From NCBI GenBank assembly GCA_011109175.1, contig RDEW01000009.1:1554315-1618314 (forward strand): a stretch of DNA of 64,000 nt. Direction: 5' to 3'. This document shows, piece by piece, positions 50,256 through 63,339 of this stretch. A program made the translations under genes and the position numbers. A model generated the notes under the pieces. The model saw nothing but the letters and a program-made list of their open reading frames with translations, was not told the DNA's origin and did not search any database. Within the stretch, counting starts at the first letter, position 1, and every line of letters starts with the position of its first letter. The DNA is from Dicyema japonicum (Eukaryota; Animalia; Dicyemida).

Positions 50256-50600
50256 TTAAACGCTATTGGTACTCTTTGTCCTTTGCAGCGATAATGATAT
50301 CGTCCGGATATGATAGTAGAAGACAATTTTCGTAGTGCTGTTTCGGAATGTCATTGATGTACAGATTGAAAAGGGCTGGCGATAGTGGAGATCCTTGAGG
50401 GACTCCACTTGGTAGGAGATGGGATATCTCCAGACAAACAGGAGATATGAGCCGAAGCCCTGCCCTTTTAGAAGGGCAACTCTGGACGCCCGTCCTCGGT
50501 GGACCCAGGTCTCAAGTTGTCGGTCTGGGATCACTTAGTTAGTTAAGAACTTTCTTTATTCTTTTAACCCGGTGATCCTGGAGAATAATAATAATAATAA
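50256..50600. mobile_element. LINE insertion with inverted 5' part
   Basis: Minus strand 50256-50420 encodes GVPQGSPLSPALFNLYINDIP...YPDD. Plus strand 50420-50600 ends GGATCAC...GTGATCC followed by (TAA)n. Confidence 0.65.
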
Positions 50601-50622
50601 TTAAACACTATTAACAGGATCT

Positions 50623-53453
50623 TTTTTGGTGAGGTGGTGACGTTCCTCGTTTCTTTTCTGTACAACAATTAAGAAAAATGTCTGAAAAACACTCATTATA
50701 CAATCAAGAACTCAGGCTAATGACGTTCAACGTACGTGGAATATCGAAAGATTATACAAGGAAAGTATTTTGTGACGATCTCGAGAAATACAAAATATCT
50801 ATTAAGTGCCTACAAGAGACGAAAATCAAAAATGGACGCGATGAGACATGGAACAACTACCGGCTGATTCTCTTCCCAACTGAATGCAAGCACTACAGCA
50901 TGGATTTGCCCTACAGATTACCTCAAAAAATTACATCGCTATTGGAGAGTCAACGACCGAATATGTGTTCTACAAGTCAAACTAAATGATTTATGTCCGT
51001 CCAAAAGTCTATTAACTGTCATAAATGTCTATGCACCACACTGCGGACGAGTAATCAAGAACCCCGGTGAGCTCGAGGAATTATACTCGGAACTATCAAA
51101 CATATACTCTAATAATGCTTCCTCGTTCCTTGTCTTTGTTGCGGGAGATATGAATGCAAAGGCCGGAATGCGAATGGGACCCGAAGAATCCTCTATTTGA
51201 AGACACGGGCGCGAAAAGAGAAATGCATCTGGCGCCTCTCTGGTGAACTTCTGCGAGACAAATAGCCTTTTCCTGTGCAACACGGCCTTCACGCATTCAG
51301 CTTGCCACAAGAGGACGTGGCACGGACAAAGAAAAAACTCTGTCGGTGAGACCGTGAATATATACAATCAAATCGACTACATTATCTGCCGAATGTTTGA
51401 TAAAAACCTGCTAAATGATGCACGTTCCTACCAGGGGACAACAACTGACAGCGACCACAGGATCGTCATTGCAAAACTTTGTATAAAAAAGCACCTGACT
51501 GGAAAAAATACATTGAAAACGCGAAGAAGGCGAGACAAAGGCCCAATGTATACTTTCATGGAGAAAAATTGTGGTTAGAGCCTATTTGTAGAGCTAAATA
51601 TCACGAACAAATCGAGACTCTTATGGAGAAAACCGCACCGGAATCATCAGTACGAACTCTGTGGGATCAAATAAAGCAGGTAATCTCCAAGTCAGCCAAT
51701 ATATGCCTTGGAGTCAGAAATCATCACGCCCTAAAATTGGAATACCACCCAAACGTGCCAGATATGGCAAAGCATTGCAGAGAGCTACAGCTAAAAGCGG
51801 CAAACACGTCAGACGAGACAAAGATGGAAAATTCGTGGGTTACCCGGAAGAAAAAGCAGAATTGATTGCACGACACTTCGACACACTGTTGAATAAAGAA
51901 AATAAGGACTTTCCCCCTTTCCAGGAGAAGCAAAGGCGCTAAAAATCCCAATCACAGTGGAAGAGGTGGAATTAGCGATAAATAAACTGAAGAACAACAA
52001 GAGTGCTGGGTCGGACAACATAAGCCCTGAGCTCCTAAAATATGGGCAAATAACTTAGCGACACAGTTGCAAAAAACCTTAATGACATCTTTGAAACTAA
52101 TACCGATCTAGGACTTGGAAATGGATTATTAATACCCATACAAAAACCGAACAAATCAAAAAGACCAGTAGAAAATCTCCGCCCAATAATACTTATGAAT
52201 TCTATACGCAAGGTGCTGGCAAACATTGTACTAAGCCGGATAAAGGGTGTGGCGGATCTACCAGCAAGTCAAAGTGGGTTCCGAGAAGGGAGGTTTACGG
52301 AAGACATTGTATGGAGCCACAGATGGCGCTGCGCAACGCACCAAAAATTCAAGAGCTCAACGACCGTGTTGGGAATAGATCTCTCCAGAGCTTTCGACTC
52401 AATAGACAGACAGAAACTAATGAATGTGCTTGAGCAAATATTGGATGAATCGTCGATTAGGATAATCAGACTACTACTTGCGAACACAAGACTATCTGTG
52501 AGGACAGAAGGAGCAACTTCCCGCAGTTTCAAAACATCGATTGGGTCACCCCAGGGTGATTCCCTTTCCTTTACTATTCTCCATATACCTTGAATCTGCA
52601 CTCCGCGACCTCCGTAAATGCTATATAGGAGACATAGAAAAGACATCTTATGCGGATGATGTGGATTTCGTATCACGGGACGTGACGCACTCCAACACCT
52701 ACTAGAAAATGCACCTGCGGAGCTTGAGAAATGGTTTCTCAGCGTAAATGTAGACAAAACTGAAATTACGGAAATTAAAAAAAAGACGATATTACTCATT
52801 TTAGATGGAGACGTACTAATAAGCTCGGCTTTCTACTAGGAGACGCTGAAGATGTACTAAGGAAAAAAACACTGGCAAATGCGGCAATGGCTAAACTGAA
52901 GAAAGGATGGCTAAGAGCCAAAGGACTTGGAATTGACATCAGATGCAGGTTTTACAACGCGTTTTTGAAACCGATCCTACTGTACAACGCTAGGACATGG
53001 GGAAGTTCCTATTGAAACTGGAAACTAAATTCGTTCCATAGAAGGCACCTAAGAAGCTTACTCGGAATAGAGTGGCCACGTAGAATATCAACCACTGGTA
53101 TCTACAACAAGTGTATGTGTTCATACATCAGCAAGGATGTGATAGATGCCCGGTGGAGGCTATTTGGGCATGTACTAAGAATGAACCCGGACGCACCCGC
53201 TAACAAAGCGATGGAAGATTACTTTGACAGTTACGACAAACCTTTCCGCGGACGACCTAGATCGACACTTCCGACTGCCTTAAACAAAGACCTAAATCGT
53301 GTGAGAAAATATCTAAAGACGGGGACGACCTGGACGAATTGAGATCACTCGATTCGACAGAGGAAGATGGAAAAGTCTATAAATATTGTTTCTTTGAGTG
53401 TTGCACATGCGGCTATAAACATTATGGCTTTCGTAAAAGTGCCTTAATAATAA
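50623..53453 (+). mobile_element. Near full-length RTE-clade LINE (frameshifted) with 11-bp target site duplication
   Basis: APE (TFNVRG, LQETK, GDMNAK, IDYI, SDHRIV), RT (GIDLSRAFDS, PQGDSLS, YADDVDF), RWRLFGHVLRM, (TAA)n tail, and TSD TAACAGGATCT at 50612 and 53454. Confidence 0.92.
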
Positions 53454-53514
53454 TAACAGGATCTGAGCACTGAACATTGAGATCTCTGAAAGTGCAAAAC
53501 GTTTACAAAGAAAA

Positions 53515-54720
53515 AACTGGGCCACATATCCACTGCCATTAACAAAAAAGATTTATTCCAAGATGTGGAAGATTTTACGGAACATTAACGCTGACAGTAA
53601 GAATGAGGGAGACTTTGCTTGCCAGATGGATCTAAACAAATTCATGAAGCATTGTGTGAGCACAAGTCACAAACCCTAAAAAAAGAGTCAACATTCAATC
53701 AAACATTAAATTGAAACCGAAAAAGGCATACATCATTGTACTTCCTACCGGGAGATGTAGCATCGGAAATTTATCGATCAAAGAACACGCATTCCTGTGG
53801 GCCAGACGTGATCCCAGCGATCCTGTTGAAAATACTGGGTACTGTGGCTGTTTCTGGACTTCGATTAATTTCAACTCAATCCTGCTATATAGAAACTATC
53901 TATTATTTCATTCGATCCTGAAGCCTAGGAACCAAGGGAGGACACCAGAGACTATTATCAAATAGCGTTCCTCGGGATTCCCCATTATCTCCCTTCTTAT
54001 TCGATCTTATGACAAATTACCTACCAATTCCACAAGTTATTACTGCCCTACGGATGATGTAGTTGTTGCATGGGTGTGAGTATTATTTGCGCGACGCGAC
54101 GATTACAGGACAGCCTGAATAATTTGAGTTTGTGGATTTATGGAAACCAATTGATAACAAGCCTAAAGAAGTCAGTTTTGACCCCTTTCACGTCAAACAG
54201 AAGACTGGGGAAATATTTAATTGATGTAAAGTTAGACAGGAAAACTATCCCGCAAAACAAAGCCCAGAAGATCCTCTGAGTTAAATTCGACACCTCAACC
54301 TTTCAACCCATGCTGAAAATATAGTAACGGCTTGTATGAGGAAGATTAACTTCATGAAGGTTTTTCTGGGAAATCTAATAGATTCCAAGGCCTAAATGAA
54401 TTGGCTACCCTCTACAAGTAGTACATTGAACCTACAATTAGTTATACATGTGCTGTTTATGGGACAAACTTTGTCGCTACGAACTTGACCAAGATCTATA
54501 ACGTTCAATCAAAAGTGGCGTAACTATTGAGTAAGTCTTCTTGCAAGGAAATTCTGTCCAGAAGCTTTGAAACTACGGTTAATGCGACTGGAGCAATTTT
54601 CTGGCGAATGAACCCCGTCCTTATCGTAGATGAGTCGAAAAGATGCTAAGAGCCGGGATCAACTGAATTTTTTCGTTTTGGCTATGACGGTGGTTTTCTG
54701 GTTCGATAAATTTAAATAAC
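53515..54720 (+). mobile_element. Degenerate family C LINE fragment
   Basis: Collinear with 15430-16790 and has the same GGGATCA...GACGGTGGTTTTCTGGTTC end. Confidence 0.75.
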
Positions 54721-55059
54721 TAGCATTACGTCTTTTTCATTTGACACGTCTACGGTGAGGATGCCGGTCTAATCAACCGACATAAGTAAACTGAATGATA
54801 AGGAAGATGTTTTTTGTTCTTTTTGGAACGAATTTACAGTAAATCACGTATTTAAATGCCCTAAACTTGTACTCTGTCCATCTACCACGGCAATGCCGCG
54901 TCTCACTTAATAGACACTAGTCTCCAAGTTGGTGATGCTGGAGTTACTTAACTAGGATCATTTGTCTTCCATTGTCACTAATATTTAAAAAAGGACCAGG
55001 AAACCCATTTGAATGCAAATAGTTCATTTAAAAGAATAAATATAAGCCATTAAAAGGGA

Positions 55060-55950
55060 CACATATTTGTGATATATCTCGAAGCTGCACTAAAGGATCT
55101 AAGAACTTGCTATGAAGGAAAAATAAACGAAGTCGTATACGCGGATGATGTGGATTTTATATCCGAGGATACAGAAGCTCTCACACATCTGCTGGAAAAT
55201 GCACCGGACAAACTGGGGGAATTGTTCTTCATCGTTAACCGGGCCAAAACGGAAATCACGGAAATCAAAAGAATGGACAACATCCTTAATGAACGTTGGC
55301 GACATGTTAATAAGCTTGGATCCCTACTGGGGGACACAGAAGACATCATCAAAAGGAAAACACTTGCAGGAGTAGCAATGCGAAAACTCAAAAAGGAATG
55401 GCTGAAAGGACTAGATGTCAATCTGCGGATACGCATGTACAATGCATTTGTGAAACCGATACTGACATACAATGCTGGTACTTGGGCCTGTACAGGTGCG
55501 GAATCAATGGCTCTCGATGGGTTCCACAGAAAACAGCTTAGAGTATTATTTGGCATGCAGTGGCCAGCCAGAATCTCGAATACCGGTATTTACAAAAAAT
55601 GCAAGAGTAGGCCTCTAAGCCTGGAAATCACTGACGCCCGGTGGAGACTGTTTAATCACGTACTACGCATGGATCTTGCTGCCCCGGCTAATGTGGCGAT
55701 GGAGGACCATTTCATGTTCGAGGGCAAATGCTTCCGTGGCAGACCAAGGATGACCCTACCTATCATGCTGCACAAAGACCTCCAAAGGATGAAGAAATGC
55801 CTAAAGACGGGAGACGATCTGGACATGCTGAGATCGACTGCGTGTAACCGTGGAGGATGGAAGAGGCTAACTAATGACATTGTTTCTTGTATTGCACATG
55901 CTTTGCTATAACTATTATGGCAAGGCGATAAGTGCTGTAATAATAATAAT
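55060..55950 (+). mobile_element. 5'-truncated RTE LINE with open C-terminal RT frame
   Basis: ORF 55069-55911 contains YADDVDF, LGSLLG, YNAFVKPILTYNAGTW, RWRLFNHVLRM and GRPR, followed by a (TAA)n tail. Confidence 0.88.
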
Positions 55951-56238
55951 ATCGAGTTCCGCTACAGCCATTCGTGGAGGCACTTCCAGAAGGCAGTGGG
56001 ATCACTGATGGACTCATCATGCTTTCGTCATCCATGTATTAATTTCTAGGAGAGTCCGAAATTGTCACCAGACTATTTTTACCAGATATATCACACAATT
56101 AGTTCTGAAAATAAAATTAATCCTTTAATCTATTCTCCACAGATAATTAAATTCTCCTTAAGGCATCATAATATGCGGGCACAATTACCAAAAAATAGAC
56201 AAAAATATATTAAACAAATATAACGAATAAAACAAAAA

Positions 56239-57701
56239 TTATTTAATTCTTTTCTTCTTTTTACCAAAATTCTTTCTCAGACCAAACATCTCAGAGTCAT
56301 CTTCACCGTCTTTCTTTCTCTTCATTTTCTTACCAGATGCATCTACACTACCCATTTCCTACAATAAGACAACTCTCACCATCTTAGCCAATCTCTGCGC
56401 CTCTGCCACTCTCTCAGCCAAAACCATCACCTGTGACTCGTCAGTTTCGTACAAAGGTAGTTGTCTCCCAATACAATGCTCCACTCTCTGGTACAACTCA
56501 ATGTCATATCTAAAGTCCCCACAAGTACTCACTGAGTGACCACTGTTATAGCATTCCCAGCCTTCCCAGCTCTCGCAGTCCTTCCAACTCTGTGGACGTA
56601 GTTCTTTGGTTGCATAGGCACGCTGTAATTCACCACCAAATCCACGTGAGGTATGTCCAGTCCTCTGCCAAGTAACCCTCAAACAAGTAACCTTGCGGCT
56701 ACGTCAGTGGAAACCAAAATGTGAGACTGCCTTGATTTGAATTTACTCAAAGCAGCCAATCTCTTCTCCTGAGGCATCTTTCCATTCAGTGGGATTGCCG
56801 TAAGTCCTAGGTTTCTTAGCATCAAAGTCAATGTGAGGACTTGTACGCACGTGGTACAGAAAATAATGATAGAATTTCCAGCAAAATCGTTCAAAATGAA
56901 TATCAAATATATATCCTGTTAATAATACCACAAACTACTTTATATTTATGAGGAATAAACACGTAGAATTGGTTCAGTTTTTCCACAGTTTGGTATTTGG
57001 AGGAAACCTCTATTCTGTCGACTGTATTTTTGAGGGAGGCTCGCTGAAGCTTCTCCACTTTTCTGGTCATTGTGGCAGAAAACAAGAAAGTTTGTCGTTT
57101 TGTTGGCAACACCTCCAAAATTTTGTCGATTTCACTCTCAAAATCCATGTTAAGGATTCTATCAGCCTCATCCAGGACCAGAAAACGTATTGAAGAAAGA
57201 CTAAACCCCTTCGTGTTCTGTAAGTGTTCCACCAATCTACCAGGGGTACCTTTCGTTCAAAAAACAACAAACCTACGATTATATGAGGTTTCTTAGCCAA
57301 CTGAACAGCCTGAGTGACCACATCGATTCCGCCAACGAGTACAGCTAAAAAATTAAAAAGAATGGGTACTGCATGTGAGTCCTATGAGGGATCCCAATGC
57401 CTCAAACTGCTCGCTGATTTGGTAGCATAATTCCCTGGTTGGAGCAATAATGAGTGCAAATAGACGTTTCTGTTCCTGAAGGAGAGAGTGAATTATTGGG
57501 AGGGCAAAGGCTGCTGTTTTTCCTGAGCCTGTTTCGGCCAATCCGATGATGTCGTTACCCTTAAGAGCAGATTCTACTGATTTATGTTGAATTGGAGTTG
57601 GTTTTGTCCATCCAATTCTGATACATGCTTCTACTAGAGGTTGAGCTATTCCCTATGCAAATAAATAAATTTAAAACCAATTCTACAAATGACTCCACCA
57701 T
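56239..57701 (-). CDS. DDX47: DEAD-box rRNA helicase DDX47/RRP3
   Basis: [61 protein letters not shown] and STDVA.R motifs. Confidence 0.92.
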
Positions 57702-57959
57702 AAACAAAAATGCACGAGAATTTATAAATTTAAATTTTTAATTAACTATTAAATTTAAAATTAAAACTAAATGATTTAAAATTGATTGAAACTTAATTAT
57801 TTTTAAATTATTTTAATCACAACTGTCGATTTTGGAAGTAAAAAGCAACATTTCAAAAACTAAAAAATAACAGAAGCCCCGGACCAGATTCAATAAACCC
57901 AGAATTACTGAAATACGGCTCTGACCCCCTTTTTGAAAAAAAATCGTTACACTACTAAA

Positions 57960-59854
57960 TGAAATGTTTTCAACTAACTCAACTATGGGGAACGAGCTAA
58001 CTAGTACCTATACAAAAACCCAAAAAATAGCTTGATGATTATGAAGATCTAATATTAATGCCTATTAATAAAGTCGTGTAGAGGAGGACGTCGAGCTTGA
58101 CGAAGAAAAGTACAGCCATTGACTCCTACATTGCGAAGTATCGAGGACTACAAGGGGAAGAGGAAACTAGAAGTGTGTATAAGCCTCGGCAGCATTTTAA
58201 AATTAAAATAAGGCATAAATATTAAAGTATATCTTTCAATTAAGGGTGGTTACTTCCGAAACTAAAAGCGCATTCTCTTTCAATGTAAGAAAATACGTTT
58301 ATTGAGGCAATCCTTTCTCATTTATCCCTTTTTCTCCTCGCGATAAACGACAGATACGATTCAGAAAGGTTAATGAGTTATTCCTGAGGATCCACGAGTT
58401 TTCAATAGCGACCGATTTAAAAATGAACTTTTCTTCCAGACTTTCGTATTTCTTTTTTAAGGGTCTCGGCCGTTTATGAAGGGTAAGTTGCCGTCAGCAC
58501 AAGGTTGGAGGGAGAGGAGTCATTCATCAAATAGCGTATCAGGCAAGGTATCTACCATTTTTCTATGGAAAAAGAATTGTCCCGTAGATAATTTGTTTGC
58601 TGAGTCCAAGAGGCTCCAGATGTACCGGAAATCTGGCGGGTTATAGTCTCACGATAATTCTATTGATGGATTTATCACTTAGACTCCTTCCAACTCTCTT
58701 CCGGAAGGACAGGGCGTGAAGACTTTTCACATCGACCATTCTTCCGAATTTAAAATGGTCTCAATGTAAACATATAATCCGAGACGGACAAAGACACTCA
58801 TATTCCTGTGAAGTCATTATCCGATAGTGTCCCGAGGGAGACGCATAAGAAAGTTATAAGCAATCACCGATTTCATTCGTCGATGCAGAAGCAAGACGAT
58901 GCTAGTCCAATCCTAGTTCTATTTCCTCAATAGTGATTGAACGTTTTTCAATATTTTTTCGAGGATCCCAATCTTCTTGAGCTACGTAAACTACTGCTTC
59001 AGCTTGCAATCCGTTTATTTGGGGTAAAATCTGTCGTTTGAGACCGGTAGAAGCGTTGACTGAAAAAAGGAAAGCCGGGAGGGCAAGTTTCAGTAGTAAG
59101 CGGATCATAAAGAGGACTTTGCATTGGGTACAGTCGGATTCATAAAGAGAAATTTTTAGTATTCCTTCTATAACAGCCCTTAAGGTTCAAGGACTTCTCT
59201 TGTTAGTGGAAGGACCTAGTCGTTGCTGGAGAGTGTATGTAGCACGCCTGAACGTCTTTGACCATGATCTAATTTACTTTTCACATAGATCTCGCTTGTT
59301 GTTCTTGTCTCTGGGTGATGAGAGTAAATAATCGGCAATCGAAAGACTTCCAACTGTAGTTTCCAGATTGGCATTTATGTATCTATGACATTTCTCTTGA
59401 TGATTGATTCGAGGTTTACTCCATTCAGTTCAGTAGAAACTTGAGTGCTATTTTTGATTCCCCTGGCGATTAGATTTGAAAGAAGGGAGGCAGCAGCCAG
59501 GGGGTACCGACCTTGGGATCCGAAGTGGGATGTCTCTTTTTGACTCAAGTTGTTTGTAGCAGCGTAGACATTCATCAGTGTTTGATAAGTCAAGATATAT
59601 CTGGAAAAGGAGTTCTCTCACCGGTCTAAGACTGATACCAATGTAGAAAAGAACTTGTCGGGCAGGTTAAGAATTTTTATAATCACCCTACAAAAAGATT
59701 GGAGAGATTCCATTGACCTTTTCGAGCGACGATTCCTGAAGTTCTTAATAATGATCTGAGGCTCATAAAACACTGAGAGAGTGAAGACTATTGATTTGAA
59801 AAATCTGATCTCAGAATACGATGGAAGCGATTAGTGAAAGCAGAGAACATGTAA
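57960..59854 (+). CDS. Possible multi-exon orphan gene, perhaps partly degenerate; boundaries uncertain
   Basis: Repeated 20-30-nt GT..AG segments separate short open stretches (PRVFNSDRFKNELFFQTF; QYFFEDPNLLELRKLLLQLAIRLFG). I could not build one stop-free model. Confidence 0.3.
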
Positions 59855-59895
59855 AATTATAACTTATGTGATTAATAATAATATTAATCAATAAC

Positions 59896-60715
59896 TTACG
59901 AAGTTTCCAATGATAGGGAATATGGCACGTGACCATACAAATATGCATCATCCAACAATAATTGTAAAGTTTCCTTTGCGAGAGAATGCCCTTGTCTACG
60001 ATAATTAAATAAATCACAAATTCGGGTCTTTTTTGCACTCCTCAAGAATTTTTTCAAGTTCGGGTTTTTCAATTTCCTTAATAGTCTGCCAAATGGCTTA
60101 AAAATCAACATTAAATTCGTTGACAGATCTCAGTTTTGTAAGGGTTTCCTCAATTTCAGCGAGTCTGGTTCTGTTAGAGCGTTCAATTTGAAGTTCATCC
60201 TCGATTTTGGCTCCGGAATGAGGTGTGGAAACTGGATTTCTGGTTATTTGGAGGGGGTTGTTCTTCAGCTCTTCGTTTATCTGATCAATTCGTTTGATTT
60301 CATCAATAGTCAGACTAAAGGCGTTGTCGATAGATGATTCATCCTGTAATGACCAAAACTGGGTAACTTTGAGTAAAAGATCCAGTCGACTTTGATCCAC
60401 CTCACTTATGGACAAATCTTCTATTTTTGAGACCTTAAGATTATTTTTTGAGTCACTTTCCGTTTCCTCATTTTCTAACAAAATGAGAAAGCCTTAACCT
60501 TCAATTTCAGTAAGAAAACAGTGATTTTCTGAGTCTGTCCTGTCCCTAGTCAATCTTAATGTAATTAAAGTTTATTATTACTGCTTTATGATGTTTTTGG
60601 TGTTCCTTTTCTCTTGTTTTTCCCTTCTAGTAACTTCCAGCAATTTTTCGTCCAATTTAATAACCTTTGTTTGTTCTTTGAGCAACAAAATGTTATTTTC
60701 ATATTCTTCAGACAT
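59896..60715 (-). CDS. Fibrous sheath-interacting protein 1-like coiled-coil protein
   Basis: KLDEKLLEVTRREKQEK, DQSRLDLLLK, RLAEIEETL and PELEKILEEC parallel FSIP1 blocks as I recall them. Four introns of 22-27 nt give an open frame. Confidence 0.6.
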
Positions 60716-60767
60716 TCCTTGGTAATAAAATTATTTTATAAATTTAATAAATTATTTTGTTGATTGA

Positions 60768-61089
60768 TTTATTTATTTATTAACCCCGGATATACACCGA
60801 GAAAGAAGTTAAAGTATTCAACTAATTAGTGTATCCAGTTTCCACTTTTACAGGAACAGAGTCCATCCAGAATCAGCATAAAAGGTAAGACGTCCATTAC
60901 ATGCAGTTGTGGAAACCCCTCCAGTGGAGTGAGGGAGAGCAAATGATCCTTTTTTGTGCCGCCTGGCACTGGGCGTCACCTAGACAGGTGGATCGCATGA
61001 CGCCACTCTAATAGGAAGAGAGAAGAGGAAAAGACAAGCTAGCAGAAAACTTCAACCAATTAACCACGCAGTACCACATGGTGCCACGC
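60768..61089 (-). mobile_element. SINE-like element, family A
   Basis: Collinear with 4515-4826, with a (TTTA)n tail at 60768-60781. Confidence 0.85.
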
Positions 61090-61139
61090 GGTTTTCATTG
61101 GTGACAATCTAAATTAATTTTGTTGATATAAAATGTAGC

Positions 61140-63328
61140 TTTTTAGGTTGAGGTGATGACGTCCTCTCTGGTACTATGTCTAGAACTCGTCCTAATGACA
61201 TTCAATGTGAGAGGAATCGCGACTTTACTGCAAAGGACACAACTGACGGAGGATCTCACTCGTTATGAAGTATCTGTAGCCTTCCTTCAGGAAACCAAAG
61301 TGAAAAGGAGACTTGATGAAGTCGTGGGAGCATACTTTTTCATACTGCTAGAACCGGAATCCAGACACTATGGACAGGGATTCGCTATTCATAGACGTTA
61401 TGTCAATACGATTCACAGATGTTGGAGTATAAGTGACAGGATCTGTCATTCAACTGAAGTTGGGCAAAACGCTGACTACCATTATTAATACATATACCCC
61501 GACTATGGGCATAGCAATGAAATGTCCAGATGAAGTTGAATACTTATACACGAAACTCGCGATGACCATGGACGATATTCGTGCTTCCACCCCTCGTTTT
61601 TCTTGCCGGTGACTGGAACGCAAACGTTGGAATACGTAGCACGGACGAAAACTTCATTGGAACCTATAGTAGAGGGAAGAGAAATTCTAATGGTACTGCA
61701 CTCGGTGGGCTGAAATATCTGAATGGAGTTGGAAATATTGCCTGGCCACTATTGAAGGATGTCTCAAGAAGGCCACAATCGTCTTTCTATCGAGAACACA
61801 AAAATTTTGAGACTCCAGGCTGAGAATACGAAATGTCCAAAAAAGAAAGCATTATTAAAAGAACCAACCAAAAAAAAAAACTCCATTCTACGGAACATAA
61901 ACAAAATAGTGCGCTTGCTCCACGAAAGGACACGAACAGAATTTCTGAAACATTCGCCGCCCTCACCTACCTATGCATCATAAACGACATTTTTATGAAA
62001 CACATGTCTGTTCTACTAGGGCAGGGAATTCTGATACCTATACAGAAACCTGAGAAGCCGGTTGGACCGGAAGAAAATTTTTCTAACAACCCTACGGAAA
62101 ATACTATCTCTGATTGTTCTGGAGAAGATTTCTCTCACTGTTGACGAATATCTGTCTCTGGGTAAAGTGGTTTTAGAAGAGGAAGATCCACGGCGGATAT
62201 CTTATGGACACATAGATGGATATGTGCAATGACGCAGAGATTCCAGAAGGCTGTTCACATACTGGGGATTGATCTTTCCCGAGCGTTCGATACTGTACGC
62301 TGAGGGAAATTAATGTTGTTACTTGGTATGTTTTTGGACAAGGACAGTCAAGGGATGATCCGGGTCCTACTTGCGGACACTGAAGTACAAGTCTGGGTCG
62401 GTTCAGAGCGATCCTGTAAATTTGAGACACATATTGTTCACTCCTCAAGGAGATTCTTTATCGCCACTATTATTTGTTGTCTATCTGGAAGCCGCCCTTC
62501 GGGACCTACAAGCCAAAACTGGAACCAACTTCGATCACAGAACTAATTTATGCGAATGACGTAAACTTTGCTTTGGAGGACATAAAGGAGATCAGGACTG
62601 TTCTAAATCATGCTCCCGGAGTATTCGCGGAATGGTTTTTGAATATGAACGAACAAAAGACGGAGGTCACAACTGTTAAAAAAAAAACTCAATTGATCGC
62701 TTTATCATTCGGAGATTGGGAAGATTTTCCGCAAAGGAAAATGCTATCTATTATTGCACTTAAAAGACTAAAGTCCAAATGGCTAAAATACTCACATATC
62801 AACATTTATAAAGGTGCGCTTATACAATGCATTTATTCTGCCTATTTTACTGTACAACTCAGGAACATGGGGTCTGAATCAAACTTGTACTGAAAGTCTG
62901 AATGTTATTCACAGAAAACAACTGAAATCCCTATTGGACATAAACTATCCGAAAGTGATCAGCTACCAGAACCTATACACTACTTGTAAATCCGAAAGCT
63001 TGGGGACCACTGTAGCGAAAATTCGATGGGGATTATTTGGGCATATACTTAGGATTGATCCTGCTGCTCCTGCAAATGATATCATGGAACTATACTTCCT
63101 AAGCACTGGTTCAGTTCGGGGCAGACCACGGACAACACTTCCTCTGACCTTAAATAACGACCTAAAAATGCAAAATGCAACTGGAAAACCTTGATGACCT
63201 AGACGATTTCTGAAAAATCGCAATCTCAAAAGGACCGTGGATGGCAAGAATTATCCGGGGTGCGGTAAAAGCGACGTCAATTGATTAACTATATTGTTGT
63301 TGCGAATGTGCATTATATTATTATTACT
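61140..63328 (+). mobile_element. RTE-clade LINE (degenerate, internal deletions) with 8-bp target site duplication
   Basis: TFNVRG, LQETK, GDWNANVG, IDLSRAFD, YAND and RWGLFGHILR motifs; TSD AATGTAGC at 61132 and 63329. Confidence 0.85.
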
Positions 63329-63339
63329 AATGTAGCCCT

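Noticed and set aside
58902-59593. Minus-strand ORFs as a continuation of the FSIP1-like gene or a separate gene
   Set aside because: The FSIP1-like frame ends at 59896, the minus frame here has many stops, and the intron-like pattern favours the plus strand.
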